From TPA_inf: Saccharomyces (taxonomy: Eukaryota): DNA of 64,000 nucleotides. Below, piece by piece: positions 58,726 through 64,000 of the stretch. Location of the stretch: NCBI GenBank assembly GCA_000146045.2, contig BK006934.2, positions 256,001 to 320,000 on the forward strand, written 5' to 3'. The position numbers and the translations under genes are program-made. Position 1 is the first letter of the stretch. Every line of letters begins with the position of its first letter. The notes under the pieces are model-generated. The model worked only from the letters and a program-made list of their open reading frames with translations. It was not told the DNA's origin and did not search any database.

Positions 58726-58742
58726 ATATATATATATATATA
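58726..58742. repeat. (AT)8 dinucleotide microsatellite between GEP4 and BIG1
   Basis: atatatatatatatata at 58726-58742. Confidence 0.9.
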
Positions 58743-58873
58743 AACAGACGGATAATTATATCATATTAAATGCGATAGCATAAATTTCTCGATGCGCATT
58801 GGTAAATTGTAGCATGGCGCGAAGTCTCTCATGGATAATTTTGCAAAGAATCGATGTATATAACGAACCATAA

Positions 58874-59968
58874 TCAAGATACTTGCTGGGATGGCTTTTT
58901 CTGGATCTCTTGCACTTTTTTGAGCAGTTGTGGTGACGTCTGTTTCACGTTGTCCTTTTTATTAGTAATCTTCTCATCTACAATAGTTTTTTTTGTGAAA
59001 AAAAACTGAATAAGAATATACCCAACCAAAATTGTGAAAATCAGCTGTAATAAACCTCTGTTATTCTCAATTAATTGTGAATCAAATATTGAGACATACT
59101 CCGAAGGTGGCTCTGAAAATCGTGGAGTATAGTCATTAAACGACAGACGAGGCACATCCAAAACTCTATTATTTTGTTCCACTTCACCCACTCTGGATTT
59201 TATGTCAAAGATATCTGGAAATATTTGGATAGGGATGATCGACTCGTGAGCCAGCGTAGTTCCTGGGTTTAACGAGGTGTAAATGACATTTTGTTCTGGC
59301 GACGGAATCTGCGCCAGTATAGTCCTCAAATACTTGTCATAATGGCGGAATGCTTCTTTACGTTCATTAGTGTCCTCTGGTAACTTAGGGTACTCTATTA
59401 TAATCACTCTTTTTTCGCTATCAATAAAGGGCTGGAAATCTTCTGTATTATTACCTCGTAAGTTCAACACCTGGTCTACGTTACAATACTCCTTTACAAA
59501 CTCTGCAAGATCATAGTATAAATCTTGAGGCAATAGGTCTACCTTTTCGAACTTAATCGCGGTTGAACTCCGTCTTATATATCTCTGTAACGAAACAAAC
59601 TCTGTTTCAAATTCCAAGAAGTCCAATTTCCTCAGGCCTGGTTGATTAATAAACACATAAGTGTCAGCATTACATACACCTAAGAATTTCTCAGCCGCTT
59701 CAATAAAGGTGTCTCTTGGTAAAGTCACAGCCCTATCATAATCCTCTTGATACTTTAAAATACCGGGAGTTCTATCCAAAAGTACAAATATGTGTATAAC
59801 ATCTAGTTAGTAAGAAAAATGAAAGTTACTAAAGATTAATGTTTCTTGTTCTACATACAGTTTGTAAGAGAAGAATATTGCAGGAACATTGGTCTGGTTT
59901 TGCAATTCCTCCGAAGCACAAAAGCTTCCACACATAATAAGCAACAAATATTTCAACACAGTTTGCAT
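58874..59968 (-). CDS. BIG1: BIG1, an ER membrane protein needed for beta-1,6-glucan. Spliced: join(59859..59968, 58874..59771), 335 aa.
   Basis: Exon 1 starts at minus-strand ATG 59968 (MQTVLKYLLLIMCGSFCASEELQNQTNVPAILFSYK plus CT, a signal peptide). GTATGT donor at 59858-59853; TACTAAC branch at 59812-59806; AG acceptor at 59773-59772. Exon 2 starts at 59771 in the frame of the track ORF, whose TTG start at 59779 is an artefact. Total 110 + 898 nt = 336 codons = 335 aa. Confidence 0.85.
59772..59858 (-). other. BIG1: BIG1 intron (87 nt)
   Basis: GTATGT donor, TACTAAC branch point and TAG acceptor, read directly on the minus strand. Confidence 0.8.
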
Positions 59969-60455
59969 CTTGCCTTGCTACTCCTAATTAGTATGCGCCT
60001 ACGTTTCCTAACTACAAAACAGATAGGTATAACCTGCAACTTAACCTCCGCTGCTGATATTCTTGGCCGTAGTTAAGAGAGGTTTACATTACTACAGAGC
60101 TAACCCGTGTTGCATGATATCATCGATATAATTAAAGAATGCACATATGTCAGCGGTACTATCGCATACAATGCTCTATCAGAACTCTAGATAACGTTAG
60201 AACATATCCTCCCAGGTTTCGCCACATCTGTGGCCTCGTTACTCTATTCGTTTCACTCTTTCTTATCTATTTACAGCCCATCGAGCAACATTATCATGCC
60301 ACACGTCGATCTCAGGCCGATCTGACAATCTTTAAAGGCATCAACAAGAGCAGCAGCTTGCCGACGTGGCAAAAGTCAAAGAAGAACAGAGGCAACTCGT
60401 CCTACGTGAAGCCACATACAACAAGTTAGGAACTATTAGGCGGAACCGCTTTCTA

Positions 60456-60485
60456 AGGAGCTTACTACTTTTAACAGTACTACTT
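60456..60485 (+). repeat. Perfect 15-bp tandem duplication (tacttttaacagtac, two copies) in the KIC1 5' region
   Basis: 60456-60470 and 60471-60485 are identical. This lies 87-116 bp upstream of the KIC1 ATG. Confidence 0.9.
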
Positions 60486-60571
60486 TTAACAGTACACAGA
60501 TAAAGAAACAAAAAGTATAAATTTGGGCGCCATCGACTGGCAAGCAAAACACGTATAGAGAACAGGCAGTA

Positions 60572-63500
60572 ATGACGACGAAGCCACAAAATAGTAAGCA
60601 GGGTTTAGCCGAAGGAGAGATGGATGTGAGTTCACTTTTCAAGAGAACGGAAGTTATTGGGCGAGGGAAATTTGGTGTGGTTTATAAGGGCTATAACGTG
60701 AAGACTGGACGAGTGTATGCTATCAAAGTCTTAAATTTAGATTCTGATTCTGACGAGGTGGAGGATGTGCAGCGAGAAATTCAGTTTTTGGCCTCCTTGA
60801 AACAGATTTCCAATATCACGCGGTATTATGGGTCGTATTTGAAAGACACAAGCCTTTGGATCATAATGGAACACTGCGCTGGTGGTTCACTGCGTTCGTT
60901 GTTAAGGCCAGGCAAAATCGATGAAAAGTACATTGGGGTTATTATGAGAGAACTGCTTGTAGCATTAAAATGCATTCATAAAGATAACGTCATTCATCGA
61001 GATATCAAAGCAGCAAACGTTCTGATCACTAACGAAGGTAATGTTAAACTATGCGATTTTGGTGTCGCTGCACAAGTAAACCAAACTTCTTTACGACGTC
61101 AAACTATGGCTGGGACCCCCTACTGGATGGCTCCAGAAGTGATCATGGAAGGCGTTTATTACGACACTAAAGTAGATATATGGTCTTTAGGTATTACAAC
61201 GTACGAGATTGCCACCGGAAATCCGCCATACTGCGATGTGGAGGCCCTAAGGGCAATGCAACTAATCATCAAATCGAAACCACCGAGGCTTGAGGACAGA
61301 TCATACAGTACATCTTTGAAAGAATTTATTGCGCTTTGTCTTGATGAGGATCCAAAGGAGAGATTGTCAGCAGACGATCTTTTAAAATCAAAATTTATCA
61401 GGGCCCACAAGGCGACGCCAACGTCCATTTTGAAAGAACTAATATCACGATATCTACTATTTAGGGACAAGAATAAAAACAAATATAAAATAGAGGGCAG
61501 TATACCGGAAAATGAGCCATCAAAACCCAGTGAAGCTCCAAAACCATCACAAAATGGCGGGGGTGATGAAGCACAAAAGTCAATAGCATCAAATGATAAT
61601 GAAATTAAGAGAGTGAACGAAGGCGATGTGGAAATGAAATGGGATTTTGATTCATTGAGTTCGTCGGATTATATTATTGAAAATAATATCAACCTCGATG
61701 CTTTGGCTGAGGACAACAACGAGTGGGCTACTGCCCAACATGACCTGTTCAACTATGCATACCCTGACGAAGATTCTTATTACTTTGACCCTACAAGTCA
61801 TAATACTAGACCCTTTGTTTATCAAGGGACAACGATAGGAAAGGGCTATCCTGGTACAATAGCTCAAAATTCTACTTTGAATGCACCAGTAACAAATAAC
61901 TATACGAACTCAAAATACCCTTCCAAAATGGTAGCTGGAACTACAAACACCTCTGGAACACATACGGCCGGTCCAATGACATCATCTAAGAGGCTGGAAA
62001 GTAAGGCTCCAAAACAATTACTTGAACTTTTTGAAGACAATGAAATTATTACTGCTGAAAATGATGTCAATACAGAAGCTCCTAAAATAAGCAAATCCAT
62101 TTCATCTCTAAATGCTGGTAATAGTTCACGAGATGATTTCATTCCCTCAATATCCAACGAGGTCAACGGAAATATCAATAATAATAAAATGCGACCACAC
62201 CTTCCACCTTTATCCAGTGGGAACAATTATTATAGCCAGAGTACACCTGCTTTGCCGCTACTCCAAACAAAATTTAACAAGACGTCAAAGGGCCCTCCAA
62301 CAAGTGGATTAACTACTGCTCCAACGTCTATTGAAATAGAAATTCCTGAAGAACTACCGAATAGTGCTCTACCAACGCCTGCGAGCGCAGATCCGGTTTT
62401 AATACCAAGCACAAAGGCCAGGTCATCTACAGTGACGGCTGGCACTCCTTCGTCATCTAGCTCAATACAATATAAATCACCTTCAAACGTGCCCAGGCGG
62501 TTGACAGTCAGTAACAATAGGCCAGAACATTGCCCAAGCACCATAACAAATCAAAAATTGGGGTCCGCAGTTGCTTCTAATTCCGGAATCAGCTCCACTC
62601 CGAACAACAGTAATAACTATAACAACAACACTGATAGTGAGAACTCAAGAGGAAGCAGCGGTAGTAACACTGCAAATAGCACACAAATGGGCATAACCAA
62701 TCCAGGTAATGTAACAAAGTTATCTACTCATAAGGCTTCTTCACCCTCAAGGCCACTATTTGGAGTTGGAACTTCTCCCAATAGAAAGCCTGCCGGTTCC
62801 CCAACCCAAAACATTGGTCATAATTCTACTCACACGAACCTCGCGCCTCCTCCTACGATGAAACCAATGGCCAATAGCAAAGATAACAAGGACATTCTCT
62901 TGCAACCTCTGAACAGCATACCTAGTTCTTCTACACTTAACACTATTAGTGGTAATAGCAGCAATAATTTAACCTCATCAAACTACTTTTCCAACGAAAA
63001 GGAAGGCTCAAGGGTCAATGGTGACTTTAAACGCAACAACCCAAACTTAAAACTACAAATGCCACTACCTACACCTGTTGTGAGAAATAAACTTCTTGAT
63101 CCAAATACAGCAACCTCACAGAATAACAATGGCATGCCGGGGAGCGCTGGCATATCCACGAACGAAAATATTAATCAATTTGGATTTAACACAAGCAGTG
63201 CGTCCAACATCCCTGTCTCAATGACTCCAATTAGTGAGAAACACATTGATTTTGGGGGCAAGATCAAGAGAAGTCAAAGCATTTCTAACAGGAAGAACTC
63301 TTCTGCCTCGGAACACCCATTGAATATTCTTGGCTCATCTGTTTCCGGCAATGTTTCCGGTATCGGTAACAACAATGTTGGCTCTAACAACAACAGCGGC
63401 CCTAATAACAGTGTTCCTCTTTCTGCTAATACAGGAAACACTACTATCAAAGCCAATTCTACGACTATCGCAACTTCAAGTTCTGCCGCGGCATCAACGA

Positions 63501-63814
63501 CTGCACCAATTTCACAACAGACTATTCCATCCGGAACACAATTCAATCATATTCTGAGTTCCGCCGCAACAGCTGCAAACTCGGTTAATTCTTTAGGCTT
63601 TGGCATGTGTCCTCCTCCACAGAGTTTACAAATGGAAATGTTCTTGGACTTAGAATCGTTTCTGCCAGGAAAACAGAGGCGGGTAGACAGGAAACCCCAG
63701 GTTCTGAAAGAACTGGAAAATCTTTTACAAATGTTCGAAGAAGGTTTGCCCTGCATTGAACACGCTTTAAAGGAACAACTTATTTCAACGCCTATCAAGG
63801 ATAATGAGCATTAA
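60572..63814 (+). CDS. KIC1: KIC1, a PAK/GCK-family Ser/Thr kinase of the RAM network (1080 aa)
   Basis: 1080-aa ORF with an N-terminal STE20-like kinase domain (GRGKFGVVYKG, HRDIKAANVL, DFGVAAQ, GTPYWMAPE) and a long Ser/Asn/Thr-rich tail. Confidence 0.95.
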   Translation: MTTKPQNSKQGLAEGEMDVSSLFKRTEVIGRGKFGVVYKGYNVKTGRVYAIKVLNLDSDSDEVEDVQREIQFLASLKQISNITRYYGSYLKDTSLWIIMEHCAGGSLRSLLRPGKIDEKYIGVIMRELLVALKCIHKDNVIHRDIKAANVLITNEGNVKLCDFGVAAQVNQTSLRRQTMAGTPYWMAPEVIMEGVYYDTKVDIWSLGITTYEIATGNPPYCDVEALRAMQLIIKSKPPRLEDRSYSTSLKEFIALCLDEDPKERLSADDLLKSKFIRAHKATPTSILKELISRYLLFRDKNKNKYKIEGSIPENEPSKPSEAPKPSQNGGGDEAQKSIASNDNEIKRVNEGDVEMKWDFDSLSSSDYIIENNINLDALAEDNNEWATAQHDLFNYAYPDEDSYYFDPTSHNTRPFVYQGTTIGKGYPGTIAQNSTLNAPVTNNYTNSKYPSKMVAGTTNTSGTHTAGPMTSSKRLESKAPKQLLELFEDNEIITAENDVNTEAPKISKSISSLNAGNSSRDDFIPSISNEVNGNINNNKMRPHLPPLSSGNNYYSQSTPALPLLQTKFNKTSKGPPTSGLTTAPTSIEIEIPEELPNSALPTPASADPVLIPSTKARSSTVTAGTPSSSSSIQYKSPSNVPRRLTVSNNRPEHCPSTITNQKLGSAVASNSGISSTPNNSNNYNNNTDSENSRGSSGSNTANSTQMGITNPGNVTKLSTHKASSPSRPLFGVGTSPNRKPAGSPTQNIGHNSTHTNLAPPPTMKPMANSKDNKDILLQPLNSIPSSSTLNTISGNSSNNLTSSNYFSNEKEGSRVNGDFKRNNPNLKLQMPLPTPVVRNKLLDPNTATSQNNNGMPGSAGISTNENINQFGFNTSSASNIPVSMTPISEKHIDFGGKIKRSQSISNRKNSSASEHPLNILGSSVSGNVSGIGNNNVGSNNNSGPNNSVPLSANTGNTTIKANSTTIATSSSAAASTTAPISQQTIPSGTQFNHILSSAATAANSVNSLGFGMCPPPQSLQMEMFLDLESFLPGKQRRVDRKPQVLKELENLLQMFEEGLPCIEHALKEQLISTPIKDNEH

Positions 63815-64000
63815 AAGCATCGTCTAGTTTATTCTTTTGTTTATGTACATATTCAAGAAAAATAAGCAAGATGTAAGAAAAGTGAAAGTATATATTTTCT
63901 ACAGAACTTAACAAGTCCCTTTAAGCACCACATGGAACTCGACTGCGCAAGGTTAGCGCTTTACGGACTTTATTGCTATTCTAGTTCAAAGAAAGCAAAT

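Overview
This window is an ordinary, well-characterised stretch of the Saccharomyces cerevisiae nuclear genome (chromosome VIII right arm, YHR078W through YHR102W/KIC1). I found no previously undescribed system. It is AT-rich and gene-dense, with two long (~2 kb) regulatory intergenic regions in the HXT4-HXT1-HXT5 hexose-transporter array.

Genes: I can support 24 verified protein-coding genes plus two dubious ORFs (AHT1, YHR095W). The translated ORFs match known yeast proteins in length and sequence: IRE1, LAM4, LRP1, KSP1, SAM35, STE12, IPI1, NAM8, RTC3, RPF1, GAR1, YNG2, MSR1, HXT4, HXT1, HXT5, SFB3, TRA1 (3744 aa), GEP4, KIC1, and the uncharacterised YHR078W.

Spliced genes: Three genes (SAE3, YHR097C, BIG1) are split by introns, so the ORF track misses or truncates them. 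I rebuilt their exon structures from GTATGT donors, TACTAAC branch points and AG acceptors. The rebuilt proteins come out at 91, 366 and 335 aa, which are the lengths I recall for these three proteins.

ORF-track artefacts: Several track ORFs start at TTG or GTG and therefore carry short false N-terminal extensions. I trimmed these to the first ATG.

Not found: no tRNA, rRNA, Ty/LTR, CRISPR or prokaryote-type defense or mobile module, and the intergenic spacing leaves no room for an inserted foreign block.

Most of what is worth a second look is regulatory or repetitive:
- Rgt1-type and Mig1-type motifs, a G8 tract, and an A26 tract in the HXT promoters
- three PRE heptamers (TGAAACA) upstream of STE12
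- PAC/RRPE ribosome-biogenesis motifs upstream of RPF1, LRP1, GAR1 and IPI1
- STRE cores (AGGGG/CCCCT) upstream of RTC3 and HXT5
- an identical 15-mer in the STE12 and KIC1 leaders, and a perfect 15-bp tandem duplication upstream of KIC1
- low-complexity coding repeats in GAR1, KSP1, KIC1 and LAM4

All coordinates were derived by hand from the printed sequence. Gene identities are recalled from memory of the yeast proteome, not from a database search.
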